The notes beneath the pieces are model-generated. The model was not told the DNA's origin, ran no database searches, and saw only the letters and a program-made list of their open reading frames with translations. Of a stretch of 64,000 nt of DNA, positions 39,301 through 51,600 are shown one piece after another. How positions within the stretch are numbered: the first letter of the stretch is position 1; each line of letters opens with the position of its first letter. Position numbers and translations under genes: made by a program. The stretch comes from Eledone cirrhosa (Eukaryota): NCBI GenBank assembly GCA_964016885.1, contig OZ024744.1, positions 134,354,001 through 134,418,000 of the forward strand. The letters are read 5' to 3'.

Positions 39301-41729
39301 GGTTAAGTTAAGTTGGGGTTAAGTTAAGTTTGGGTTAAGTTAATTTGTGGTTAAGTTAAGTTGGGGTTAAGTTAAGTTGGGGTTAAGTTAAGTTGGGGTT
39401 AAGTTAAGTCGGGGTTAAGTTAAGTTGGGGTTAAGTTAAGTTGGGGTTAATTTAAGTTGGGGTTAAGTTAAGTTGGGGTCAAGTTAAGTTGGGGTTAAGT
39501 TGGGGTTAAGTTAAGTTAGGTTTAAGTTAAGTTGGGGTTAAGTTAAGTTGGGGTTAAGTTAAGTTGGGGTTAAGTTAAGTTGGGGTTAAGTTAAGTTGGG
39601 GTTAAGTTAAGTTGGGGTTAAGTTAAGTTGGGGTTAAGTTAAGTTGGGGTTAAGTTAAGTCGGGGTTAAGTTAAGTTGGGGTTAAGTTAAGTTGGGGTTA
39701 ATTTAAGTTGGGGTTAAGTTAAGTTGGGGTTAAGTTAAGTTGGGGTTAAATTAAGTTGGGGTTAAGTTAAGTTGGGGTTAAGTCAAGTTGGGGTTAAGTT
39801 AAGTTGGGGATAAGTTAAGTTGGGTATAAGTTAAGTTGGGGTTAAGTTAAGTTGGGGTTAAGTTAAGTTGGTGTTAAGTTAAGTTGGGGCTAAGTTAAGT
39901 TGGGGCTGAGTTAAGTTGGGGCTGAGTTAAGTTGGGGTTAAGTTAAGTTGGGGTCAAGTTAAGTTGGGGTTAAGTTGGGGTTAAGTTAAGTTAGGTTTAA
40001 GTTAAGATGGGGTTAAGTTAAGTTGGGGTTAAGTTAAGTTGGGGTTAAGTTAATTTGTGGTTAATTTAAGTTGGGGTTAAGTTAAGTTGGGGTTAAGTTA
40101 AGTTGGGGTTAAGTTAAGTCGGGGTTAAGTTAAGTTGGGGTTAAGTTAAGTTGGGGTTAATTTAAGTTGGGGTTAAGTTAAGTTGGGGTCAAGTTAAGTT
40201 GGGGTTAAGTTGGGGTTAAGTTAAGTTAGGTTTAAGTTAAGTTGGGGTTAAGTTAAGTTGGGGTTAAGTTAAGTTGGGGTTAAGTTAAGTTGGGGTTAAG
40301 TTAAGTTGGGGTTAAGTTAATTTGTGGTTAAGTTAAGTTGGGGTTAAGTTAAGTTGGGGTTAAGTTAAGTTGGGGTTAAGTTAAGTCGGGGTTAAGTTAA
40401 GTTGGGGTTAAGTTAAGTTGGGGTTAATTTAAGTTGGGGTTAAGTTAAGTTGGGGTTAAGTTAAGTTGGGGTTAAATTAAGTTGGGGTTAAGTTAAGTTG
40501 GGGTTAAGTCAAGTTGGGGTTAAGTTAAGTTGGGGATAAGTTAAGTTGGGGATAATTTAAGTTGGGGTTAAGTTAAGTTGGGTTTAAGTTAAGTTGGGGT
40601 TAAGTTAAGTTGGGGTTAAGTTAAGTTGGGGTTAAGTTAAGTTGGGGTTAAGTTAAGTTGGGGTTAAGTTAAGTTGGGGCTAAGTTAAGTTGGGGCTGAG
40701 TTAAGTTGGGGTTAAGTTAAGTTGGGCTTAATTTAAGTCGGGGTTAAGTTAAGTTAGGGTTCAGTTAAGTTGGGGTTAAGTTAAGTTGGGGTTAAGTTAA
40801 GTTGGGGTTAAGTTAAGTCGGGGTTAAGGTAAGTTGGGGTTAAGTTAAGTTGGGGTTAAGTTAAGTCGGGGTTAAGTTAAGTTGGGGTTAAGTTAAGTTG
40901 GGGTTAATTTAAGTTGGGGTTAAGTTAAGTTGGGGTTAAGTTAAGTTGGGGTTAAGTTAAGATGGGGTTAATTTAAGTTGGGGTTAAGTTAAGTTGAGGT
41001 TAAGTTAAGTTGGGGTTAAATTAAGTTGGGGTTAAGTTAAGTTGGGGTTAAGTCAAGTTGGGGTTAAGTTAAGTTGGGGATAAGTTAAGTTGGGGATAAT
41101 TTAAGTTGGGTTTAAGTTAAGTTGGGGTTAAGTTGAGTTGGGGTTAAGTTAAGTTGGGGTTAAGTTAAGTTGGGGTTAATTTAAGTTGGGGCTAAGTTAA
41201 GTTGGGACTGAGTTAAGTTGGGGTTAAGTTAAGTTGGGGTTAAGTTAAGTTGGGGTTAAGTTAAGTTGGAGTTTATTTAAGTTGGGGTTAAGTTAAGTTG
41301 GGGTTCAGTTAAGTTGGGGTTAAGTTAAGTTGGGGTTAAGATGGGGTTAAATTAAGTTGGGGTTAAGTTAAGTTGGGGTTAAGTTAAGTTGGGGTTAAGT
41401 TAAGTCGGGGTTAAGTTAAGTCGGGGTTAAGTTAAGTTAGGGTTCAGTTAAGTTGGGGTTAAGTTAAGTTGGGGTTGAGTTAAGTTGGGGTTGAGTTAAA
41501 TTGGGGTTGAGTTAAGTTGGGGTTGAGTTAAGTTGGTGTTGAGTTAAGTTGGGGTTAAGTTAAGTTGGGGTTAAGTTAATTTGTGGTTAAGTTAAGTTGG
41601 GGTTAAGTTAAGTTGGGGTTAAGTTAAGTTGGGGTTAAGTTAAGTCGGGGTTAAGTTAAGTTGGGGTTGAGTTAAGTTGGGGTTAATTTAAGTTGGGGTT
41701 AAGTTAAGTTGGGGTTAAGTTAAGTTGGG

Positions 41730-44700
41730 GTTAAGTTAAGTTGGGCTTAAGTTAAGTTGAGGTTAAGTTAAGTTGGGGTTAAATTAAGTTGGGGTTAAGT
41801 TAAGTTGGGGTTAAGTTAAGTTGGGGTTAAGTTAAGTTGGGGATAAGTTAAGTTGGGGTTAAGTTAAGTTGGGGTTAAGTTAAGTTGGGGTTAAGTTAAG
41901 TTGGGGTTAAGTTAAGTCGGGGTTAAGTTAAGTTGGGGTTAAGTTAAGTTGGGGTTAAGTTAAGTTGGGGTTAAGTTAAGTTGGGGTCAAGTTAAGTTGG
42001 GGTTAAGTTGGGGTTAAGTTAAGTTAGGTTTAAGTTAAGTTGGGGTTAAGTTAAGTTGGGGTTAAGTTAAGTTGGGGTTAAGTTAAGTTGGGGTTAAGTT
42101 AATTTGTGGTTAAGTTAAGTTGGGGTTAAGTTAAGTTGGGGTTAAGTTAAGTTGGGGTTAAGTTAAGTCGGAGTTAATTTAAGTTGGGGTTAAGTTAAGT
42201 TGGGGTTAATTTAAGTTGGGGTTAAGTTAAGTTGGGGTTAAGTTAAGTTGGGGTTAAATTAAGTTGGGGTTAAGTTAAGTTGGGGTTAAGTCAAGTTGGG
42301 GTTAAGTTAAGTTGGGGATAAGTTAAGTTGGGGATAATTTAAGTTGGGGTTAAGTTAAGTTGGGTTTAAGTTAAGTTGGGGTTAAGTTAAGTTGGGGTTA
42401 AGTTAAGTTGGGGTTAAGTTAAGTTGGGGTTAAGTTAAGTTGGGGTTAAGTTAAGTTGGGGCTGAGTTAAGTTGGGGTTAAGTTAAGTTGGGCTTAATTT
42501 AAGTCGGGGTTAAGTTAAGTTAGGGTTCAGTTAAGTTGGGGTTAAGTTAAGTTGGGGTTGAGTTAAGTTGGGGTTGAGTTAAATTGGGGTTGAGTTAAGT
42601 TGGGGTTGAGTTAAGTTGGTGTTGAGTTAAGTTGGGGTTAAGTTAAGTTGGGGTTAAGTTAAGTTGCAGTTAAGTTAAGTTGAGGTTAAGTTAAGGTGCG
42701 GTTAAGTTAAGTTGGGGTTAAGTTAAGTTGGGGCTAAGTTAAGTTGGGGCTAAGTTAAGTTGGGGCTAAGTTAAGTTGGGGTTAAGTTAAGTTGGGGTTA
42801 AGTTAAGTTGGGGTTAATTTAAGTTGGGGTTAAGTTAAGTTGGGGTTAAGTTAAGTTGGGGTTAAGTTAAGTTGGGGTTAAGTTAAGTCGGGGTTAAGTT
42901 AAGTCGGGGTTAAGTTAAGTTAGGGTTCAGTTAAGTTGGGGTTAAGTTAAGTTGGGGTTGAGTTAAGTTGGGGTTGAGTTAAATTGGGGTTGAGTTAAGT
43001 TGGGGTTGAGTTAAGTTGGTGTTGAGTTAAGTTGTGGTTAATTTAAGTTGGGGTTAAGTTAATTTGTGGTTAAGTTAAGTTGGGGTTAAGTTAAGTTGGG
43101 GTTAAGTTAAGTTGGGGTTAAGTTAAGTCGGGGTTAAGTTAAGTTGGGGTTGAGTTAAGTTGGGGTTAATTTAAGTTGGGGTTAAGTTAAGTTGGGGTTA
43201 AGTTAAGTTGGGGTTAAGTTAAGTTGGGGTTAAGTTAAGTTGGGGTTAAGTTAAGTTGAGGTTAAGTTAAGTTGGGGTTAAATTAAGTTGGGGTTAAGTT
43301 AAGTTGGGGTTAAGTTAAGTTGGGGTTAAGTTAAGTTGGGCTTAAGTTAAGTTGAGGTTAAGTTAAGTTGGGGTTAAATTAAGTTGGGGTTAAGTTAAGT
43401 TGGGGTTAAGTTAAGTTGGGGTTAAGTTAAGTTGGGGATAAGTTAAGTTGGGGTTAAGTTAAGTTGGGGTTAAGTTAAGTTGGGGTTAAGTTAAGTTGGG
43501 GTTAAGTTAAGTCGGGGTTAAGTTAAGTTGGGGTTAAGTTAAGTTGGGGTTAAGTTAAGTTGGGGTTAAGTTAAGTTGGGGTCAAGTTAAGTTGGGGTTA
43601 AGTTGGGGTTAAGTTAAGTTAGGTTTAAGTTAAGTTGGGGTTAAGTTAAGTTGGGGTTAAGTTAAGTTGGGGTTAAGTTAAGTTGGGGTTAAGTTAATTT
43701 GTGGTTAAGTTAAGTTGGGGTTAAGTTAAGTTGGGGTTAAGTTAAGTTGGGGTTAAGTTAAGTCGGAGTTAATTTAAGTTGGGGTTAAGTTAAGTTGGGG
43801 TTAATTTAAGTTGGGGTTAAGTTAAGTTGGGGTTAAGTTAAGTTGGGGTTAAATTAAGTTGGGGTTAAGTTAAGTTGGGGTTAAGTCAAGTTGGGGTTAA
43901 GTTAAGTTGGGGATAAGTTAAGTTGGGGATAATTTAAGTTGGGGTTAAGTTAAGTTGGGTTTAAGTTAAGTTGGGGTTAAGTTAAGTTGGGGTTAAGTTA
44001 AGTTGGGGTTAAGTTAAGTTGGGGTTAAGTTAAGTTGGGGTTAAGTTAAGTTGGGGCTGAGTTAAGTTGGGGTTAAGTTAAGTTGGGCTTAATTTAAGTC
44101 GGGGTTAAGTTAAGTTAGGGTTCAGTTAAGTTGGGGTTAAGTTAAGTTGGGGTTGAGTTAAGTTGGGGTTGAGTTAAATTGGGGTTGAGTTAAGTTGGGG
44201 TTGAGTTAAGTTGGTGTTGAGTTAAGTTGGGGTTAAGTTAAGTTGGGGTTAAGTTAAGTTGCAGTTAAGTTAAGTTGAGGTTAAGTTAAGGTGCGGTTAA
44301 GTTAAGTTGGGGTTAAGTTAAGTTGGGGCTAAGTTAAGTTGGGGCTAAGTTAAGTTGGGGCTAAGTTAAGTTGGGGTTAAGTTAAGTTGGGGTTAAGTTA
44401 AGTTGGGGTTAATTTAAGTTGGGGTTAAGTTAAGTTGGGGTTAAGTTAAGTTGGGGTTAAGTTAAGTTGGGGTTAAGTTAAGTCGGGGTTAAGTTAAGTC
44501 GGGGTTAAGTTAAGTTAGGGTTCAGTTAAGTTGGGGTTAAGTTAAGTTGGGGTTGAGTTAAGTTGGGGTTGAGTTAAATTGGGGTTGAGTTAAGTTGGGG
44601 TTGAGTTAAGTTGGTGTTGAGTTAAGTTGTGGTTAATTTAAGTTGGGGTTAAGTTAATTTGTGGTTAAGTTAAGTTGGGGTTAAGTTAAGTTGGGGTTAA

Positions 44701-45540
44701 GTTAAGTTGGGGTTAAGTTAAGTCGGGGTTAAGTTAAGTTGGGGTTGAGTTAAGTTGGGGTTAATTTAAGTTGGGGTTAAGTTAAGTTGGGGTTAAGTTA
44801 AGTTGGGGTTAAGTTAAGTTGGGGTTAAGTTAAGTTGGGGTTAAGTTAAGTTGAGGTTAAGTTAAGTTGGGGTTAAATTAAGTTGGGGTTAAGTTAAGTT
44901 GGGGTTAAGTTAAGTTGGGGTTAAGTTAAGTTGGGGCTAAGTTAAGTTGGGGCTAAGTTAAGTTGGGGCTAAGTTAAGTTGGGGTTAAGTTAAGTTGGGG
45001 TTAAGTTAAGTTGGGGTTAATTTAAGTTGGGGTTAAGTTAAGTTGGGGTTAAGTTAAGTTGGGGTTAAGTTAAGTTGGGGTTAAGTTAAGTCGGGGTTAA
45101 GTTAAGTCGGGGTTAAGTTAAGTTAGGGTTCAGTTAAGTTGGGGTTAAGTTAAGTTGGGGTTGAGTTAAGTTGGGGTTGAGTTAAATTGGGGTTGAGTTA
45201 AGTTGGGGTTGAGTTAAGTTGGTGTTGAGTTAAGTTGTGGTTAATTTAAGTTGGGGTTAAGTTAATTTGTGGTTAAGTTAAGTTGGGGTTAAGTTAAGTT
45301 GGGGTTAAGTTAAGTTGGGGTTAAGTTAAGTCGGGGTTAAGTTAAGTTGGGGTTGAGTTAAGTTGGGGTTAATTTAAGTTGGGGTTAAGTTAAGTTGGGG
45401 TTAAGTTAAGTTGGGGTTAAGTTAAGTTGGGGTTAAGTTAAGTTGGGGTTAAGTTAAGTTGAGGTTAAGTTAAGTTGGGGTTAAATTAAGTTGGGGTTAA
45501 GTTAAGTTGGGGTTAAGTTAAGTTGGGGTTAAGTTAAGTT
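41730..45540 (+). repeat. Two nested local duplications (1,595 bp and 608 bp) within copy 2 of the large duplication
   Basis: GTTGTGGTTAATTT occurs at 43035, 44630 (+1,595) and 45238 (+608 = 38 monomers); TTGCAG occurs at 42667/44262 (+1,595). The sum 1,595+608=2,203 equals 19,091-16,888. Confidence 0.88.
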
Positions 45541-45669
45541 GGGGATAAGTTAAGTTGGGGATAATTTAAGTTGGGGTTAAGTTAAGTTGGGTTTAAGTTA
45601 AGTTGGGGTTAAGTTAAGTTGGGGATAAGTTAAGTTGGGGTTAAGTTAAGTTGGGGTTAAGTTAAGTTG

Positions 45670-48600
45670 GGGTTAAGTTGGGGCTAAGTTAAGTTGGGGC
45701 TGAGTTAAGTTGGGGTTAAGTTAAGTTGGGGTTAAGTTAAGTTGGGGTTAATTTAAGTTGGGGTTTATTTAAGTTGGGGTTACGTTAAGTTGGTGTTAAG
45801 TTAAGTTGGGGTTAATTTAAGTTGGGGTTAATTAAGTTGGGGTTAAGTTAAGTTGGGGTTAAGTTAAGTTGGGGTTAATTTAAGTTGGGGTTGAGTTAAG
45901 TTGGGGTTAAGTTAAGTTGGGGTTATATTAAGTTGGGGTTAAGTTAAGTTGGGGTTCAGTTCAGTTGGGTATAAGTTAAGTTGGGGTTAAGTTAAGTTGG
46001 GGTTAAGTTAAGTTGGGGTTAAGTTAAGTTGGTGTTAAGTTAAGTTGGGGCTAAGTTAAGTTGGGGCTGAGTTAAGTTGGGGCTGAGTTAAGTTGGGGTT
46101 AAGTTAAGTTGGGGTCAAGTTAAGTTGGGGTTAAGTTGGGGTTAAGTTAAGTTAGGTTTATGTTAAGATGGGGTTAAGTTAAGTTGGGGTTAAGTTAAGT
46201 TGGGGTTAAGTTAATTTGTGGTTAAGTTAAGTTGGGGTTAAGTTAAGTTGGGGTTAAGTTAAGTTGGGGTTAAGTTAAGTCGGGGTTAAGTTAAGTTGGG
46301 GTTAAGTTAAGTTGGGGTTAATTTAAGTTGGGGTTAAGTTAAGTTGGGGTCAAGTTAAGTTGGGGTTAAGTTGGGGTTAAGTTAAGTTAGGTTTAAGTTA
46401 AGTTGGGGTTAAGTTAAGTTGGGGTTAAGTTAAGTTGGGGTTAAGTTAAGTTGGGGTTAAGTTAAGTTGGGGTTAAGTTAAGTTGGGGATAAGTTAAGTT
46501 GGGGATAATTTAAGTTGGGGTTAAGTTAAGTTGGGTTTAAGTTAAGTTGGGGTTAATTTAAGTTGGGGTTAAGTTAAGTTGGGGTTAAGTTAAGTTGGGG
46601 TTAAGTTAAGTTGGGGTTAAGTTAAGTTGGGGCTAAGTTAAGTTGGGGCTGAGTTAAGTTGGGGTTAAGTAAAGTTGGGCTTAATTTAAGTCGGGGTTAA
46701 GTTAAGTTAGGGTTCAGTTAAGTTGGGGTTAAGTTAAGTTGGGGTTAAGTTAAGTTGGGGTTAAGTTAAGTCGGGGTTAAGTTAAGTTGGGGTTAAGTTA
46801 AGTTGGGGTTAAGTTAAGTCGGGGTTAAGTTAAGTTGGGGTTAAGTTAAGTTGGGGTTAATTTAAGTTGGGGTTAAGTTAAGTTGGGGTTAAGTTAAGTT
46901 GGGGTTAAGTTAAGATGGGGTTAATTTAAGTTGGGGTTAAGTTAAGTTGAGGTTAAGTTAAGTTGGGGTTAAATTAAGTTGGGGTTAAGTTAAGTTGGGG
47001 TTAAGTCAAGTTGGGGTTAAGTTAAGTTGGGGATAAGTTAAGTTGGGGATAATTTAAGTTGGGTTTAAGTTAAGTTGGGGTTAAGTTGAGTTGGGGTTAA
47101 GTTAAGTTGGGGTTAAGTTAAGTTGGGGTTAATTTAAGTTGGGGCTAAGTTAAGTTGGGACTGAGTTAAGTTGGCGTTAAGTTAAGTTGGGGTTAAGTTA
47201 AGTTGGGGTTAAGTTAAGTTGGAGTTTATTTAAGTTGGGGTTAAGTTAAGTTGGGGTTAAGATGGGGTTAAATTAAGTTGGGGTTAAGTTAAGTTGGGGT
47301 TAAGTTAAGTTGGGGTTAAGTTAAGTCGGGGTTAAGTTAAGTCGGGGTTAAGTTAAGTTAGGGTTCAGTTAAGTTGGGGTTAAGTTAAGTTGGGGTTAAG
47401 TTAAGTTGGGGTTGAGTTAAATTGGGGTTGAGTTAAGTTGGGGTTGAGATAAGTTGGTGTTGAGTTAAGTTGGGGTTAAGTTAAGTTGGGGTTAAGTTAA
47501 TTTGTGGTTAAGTTAAGTTGGGGTTAAGTTAAGTTGGGGTTAAGTTAAGTTGGGGTTAAGTTAAGTCGGGGTTAAGTTAAGTTGGGGTTGAGTTAAGTTG
47601 GGGTTAATTTAAGTTGGGGTTAAGTTAAGTTGGGGTTAAGTTAAGTTGGGGTTAAGTTAAGTTGGGGTTAAGTTAAGTTGGGGTTAAGTTAAGTTGAGGT
47701 TAAGTTAAGTTGGGGTTAAATTAAGTTGGGGTTAAGTTAAGTTGGGGTTAAGTTAAGTTGGGGTTAAGTTAAGTTGGGGATAAGTTAAGTTGGGGATAAT
47801 TTAAGTTGGGGTTAAGTTAAGTTGGGTTTAAGTTAAGTTGGGGTTAAGTTAAGTTGGGGATAAGTTAAGTTGGGGTTAAGTTAAGTTGGGGTTAAGTTAA
47901 GTTGGGGTTAAGTTGGGGCTAAGTTAAGTTGAGGCTGAGTTAAGTTGGGGTTAAGTTAAGTTGGGGTTAAGTTAAGTTGGGGTTAATTTAAGTTGGGGTT
48001 TATTTAAGTTGGGGTTACGTTAAGTTGGTGTTAAGTTAAGTTGGGGTTAATTTAAGTTGGGGTTAATTAAGTTGGGGTTAAGTTAAGTTGGGGTTAAGTT
48101 AAGTTGGGGTTAATTTAAGTTGGGGTTGAGTTAAGTTGGGGTTAAGTTAAGTTGGGGTTATATTAAGTTGGGGTTAAGTTAAGTTGGGGTTCAGTTAAGT
48201 TGGGTATAAGTTAAGTTGGGGTTAAGTTAAGTTGGGGTTAAGTTAAGTTGGGGTTAAGTTAAGTTGGTGTTAAGTTAAGTTGGGGCTAAGTTAAGTTGGG
48301 GCTGAGTTAAGTTGGGGCTGAGTTAAGTTGGGGTTAAGTTAAGTTGGGGTCAAGTTAAGTTGGGGTTAAGTTGGGGTTAAGTTAATTTAGGTTTAAGTTA
48401 AGATGGGGTTAAGTTAAGTTGGGGTTAAGTTAAGTTGGGGTTAAGTTAATTTGTGGTTAAGTTAAGTTGGGGTTAAGTTAAGTTGGGGTTAAGTTAAGTT
48501 GGGGTTAAGTTAAGTCGGGGTTAAGTTAAGTTGGGGTTAAGTTAAGTTGGGGTTAATTTAAGTTGGGGTTAAGTTAAGTTGGGGTCAAGTTAAGTTGGGG

Positions 48601-51600
48601 TTAAGTTGGGGTTAAGTTAAGTTAGGTTTAAGTTAAGTTGGGGTTAAGTTAAGTTGGGGTTAAGTTAAGTTGGGGTTAAGTTAAGTTGGGGTTAAGTTAA
48701 GTTGGGGTTAAGTTAATTTGTGGTTAAGTTAAGTTGGGGTTAAGTTAAGTTGGGGTTAAGTTAAGTTGGGGTTAAGTTAAGTCGGGGTTAAGTTAAGTTG
48801 GGGTTAAGTTAAGTTGGGGTTAATTTAAGTTGGGGTTAAGTTAAGTTGGGGTTAAGTTAAGTTGGGGTTAAGTTAATTTGTGGTTAAGTTAAGTTGGGGT
48901 TAAGTTAAGTTGGGGTTAAGTTAAGTTGGGGTTAAGTTAAGTCGGGGTTAAGTTAAGTTGGGGTTAAGTTAAGTTGGGGTTAATTTAAGTTGGGGTTAAG
49001 TTAAGTTGGGGTCAAGTTAAGTTGGGGTTAAGTTGGGGTTAAGTTAAGTTAGGTTTAAGTTAAGTTGGGGTTAAGTTAAGTTGGGGTTAAGTTAAGTTGG
49101 GGTTAAGTTAAGTTGGGGTTAAGTTAAGTTGGGGTTAAGTTAATTTGTGGTTAAGTTAAGTTGGGGTTAAGTTAAGTTGGGGTTAAGTTAAGTTGGGGTT
49201 AAGTTAAGTCGGGGTTAAGTTAAGTTGGGGTTAAGTTAAGTTGGGGTTAATTTAAGTTGGGGTTAAGTTAAGTTGGGGTTAAGTTAAGTTGGGGTTAAAT
49301 TAAGTTGGGGTTAAGTTAAGTTGGGGTTAAGTCAAGTTGGGGTTAAGTTAAGTTGGGGATAAGTTAAGTTGGGGATAATTTAAGTTGGGGTTAAGTTAAG
49401 TTGGGTTTAAGTTAAGTTGGGGTTAATTTAAGTTGGGGTTAAGTTAAGTTGGGGTTAAGTTAAGTTGGGGTTAAGTTAAGTTGGGGTTAAGTTAAGTTGG
49501 GGCTAAGTTAAGTTGGGGCTGAGTTAAGTTGGGGTTAAGTAAAGTTGGGCTTAATTTAAGTCGGGGTTAAGTTAAGTTAGGGTTCAGTTAAGTTGGGGTT
49601 AAGTTAAGTTGGGGTTAAGTTAAGTTGGGGTTAAGTTAAGTCGGGGTTAAGTTAAGTTGGGGTTAAGTTAAGTTGGGGTTAAGTTAAGTCGGGGTTAAGT
49701 TAAGTTGGGGTTAAGTTAAGTTGGGGTTAATTTAAGTTGGGGTTAAGTTAAGTTGGGGTTAAGTTAAGTTGGGGTTAAGTTAAGATGGGGTTAATTTAAG
49801 TTGGGGTTAAGTTAAGTTGAGGTTAAGTTAAGTTGGGGTTAAATTAAGTTGGGGTTAAGTTAAGTTGGGGTTAAGTCAAGTTGGGGTTAAGTTAAGTTGG
49901 GGATAAGTTAAGTTGGGGATAATTTAAGTTGGGTTTAAGTTAAGTTGGGGTTAAGTTGAGTTGGGGTTAAGTTAAGTTGGGGTTAAGTTAAGTTGGGGTT
50001 AATTTAAGTTGGGGCTAAGTTAAGTTGGGACTGAGTTAAGTTGGGGTTAAGTTAAGTTGGGGTTAAGTTAAGTTGGGGTTAAGTTAAGTTGGAGTTTATT
50101 TAAGTTGGGGTTAAGTTAAGTTGGGGTTAAGATGGGGTTAAATTAAGTTGGGGTTAAGTTAAGTTGGGGTTAAGTTAAGTTGGGGTTAAGTTAAGTTGGG
50201 GTTAAGTTAAGTCGGGGTTAAGTTAAGTCGGGGTTAAGTTAAGTTAGGGTTCAGTTAAGTTGGGGTTAAGTTAAGTTGGGGTTAAGTTAAGTTCGGGTTA
50301 AGTTAAATTGGGGTTGAGTTAAGTTGGGGTTGAGATAAGTTGGTGTTGAGTTAAGTTGGGGTTAAGTTAAGTTGGGGTTAAGTTAATTTGTGGTTAAGTT
50401 AAGTTGGGGTTAAGTTAAGTTGGGGTTAAGTTAAGTTGGGGTTAAGTTAAGTCGGGGTTAAGTTAAGTTGGGGTTGAGTTAAGTTGGGGTTAATTTAAGT
50501 TGGGGTTAAGTTAAGTTGGGGTTAAGTTAAGTTGGGGTTAAGTTAAGTTGGGGTTAAGTTAAGTTGGGGTTAAGTTAAGTTGAGGTTAAGTTAAGTTGGG
50601 GTTAAATTAAGTTGGGGTTAAGTTAAGTTGGGGTTAAGTTAAGTTGGGGTTAAGTTAAGTTGGGGATAAGTTAAGTTGGGGATAATTTAAGTTGGGGTTA
50701 AGTTAAGTTGGGTTTAAGTTAAGTTGGGGTTAAGTTAAGTTGGGGATAAGTTAAGTTGGGGTTAAGTTAAGTTGGGGTTAAGTTAAGTTGGGGTTAAGTT
50801 GGGGCTAAGTTAAGTTGGGGCTGAGTTAAGTTGGGGTTAAGTTAAGTTGGGGTTAAGTTAAGTTGGGGTTAATTTAAGTTGGGGTTTATTTAAGTTGGGG
50901 TTACGTTAAGTTGGTGTTAAGTTAAGTTGGGGTTAATTTAAGTTGGGGTTAATTAAGTTGGGGTTAAGTTAAGTTGGGGTTAAGTTAAGTTGGGGTTAAT
51001 TTAAGTTGGGGTTGAGTTAAGTTGGGGTTAAGTTAAGTTGGGGTTATATTAAGTTGGGGTTAAGTTAAGTTGGGGTTCAGTTAAGTTGGGTATAAGTTAA
51101 GTTGGGGTTAAGTTAAGTTGGGGTTAAGTTAAGTTGGGGTTAAGTTAAGTTGGTGTTAAGTTAAGTTGGGGCTAAGTTAAGTTGGGGCTGAGTTAAGTTG
51201 GGGCTGAGTTAAGTTGGGGTTAAGTTAAGTTGGGGTCAAGTTAAGTTGGGGTTAAGTTGGGGTTAAGTTAAGTTAGGTTTAAGTTAAGATGGGGTTAAGT
51301 TAAGTTGGGGTTAAGTTAAGTTGGGGTTAAGTTAATTTGTGGTTAAGTTAAGTTGGGGTTAAGTTAAGTTGGGGTTAAGTTAAGTTGGGGTTAAGTTAAG
51401 TCGGGGTTAAGTTAAGTTGGGGTTAAGTTAAGTTGGGGTTAAGTTGGGGCTAAGTTAAGTTGGGGCTGAGTTAAGTTGGGGTTAAGTTAAGTTGGGGTTA
51501 AGTTAAGTTGGGGTTAATTTAAGTTGGGGTTTATTTAAGTTGGGGTTACGTTAAGTTGGTGTTAAGTTAAGTTGGGGTTAATTTAAGTTGGGGTTAATTA

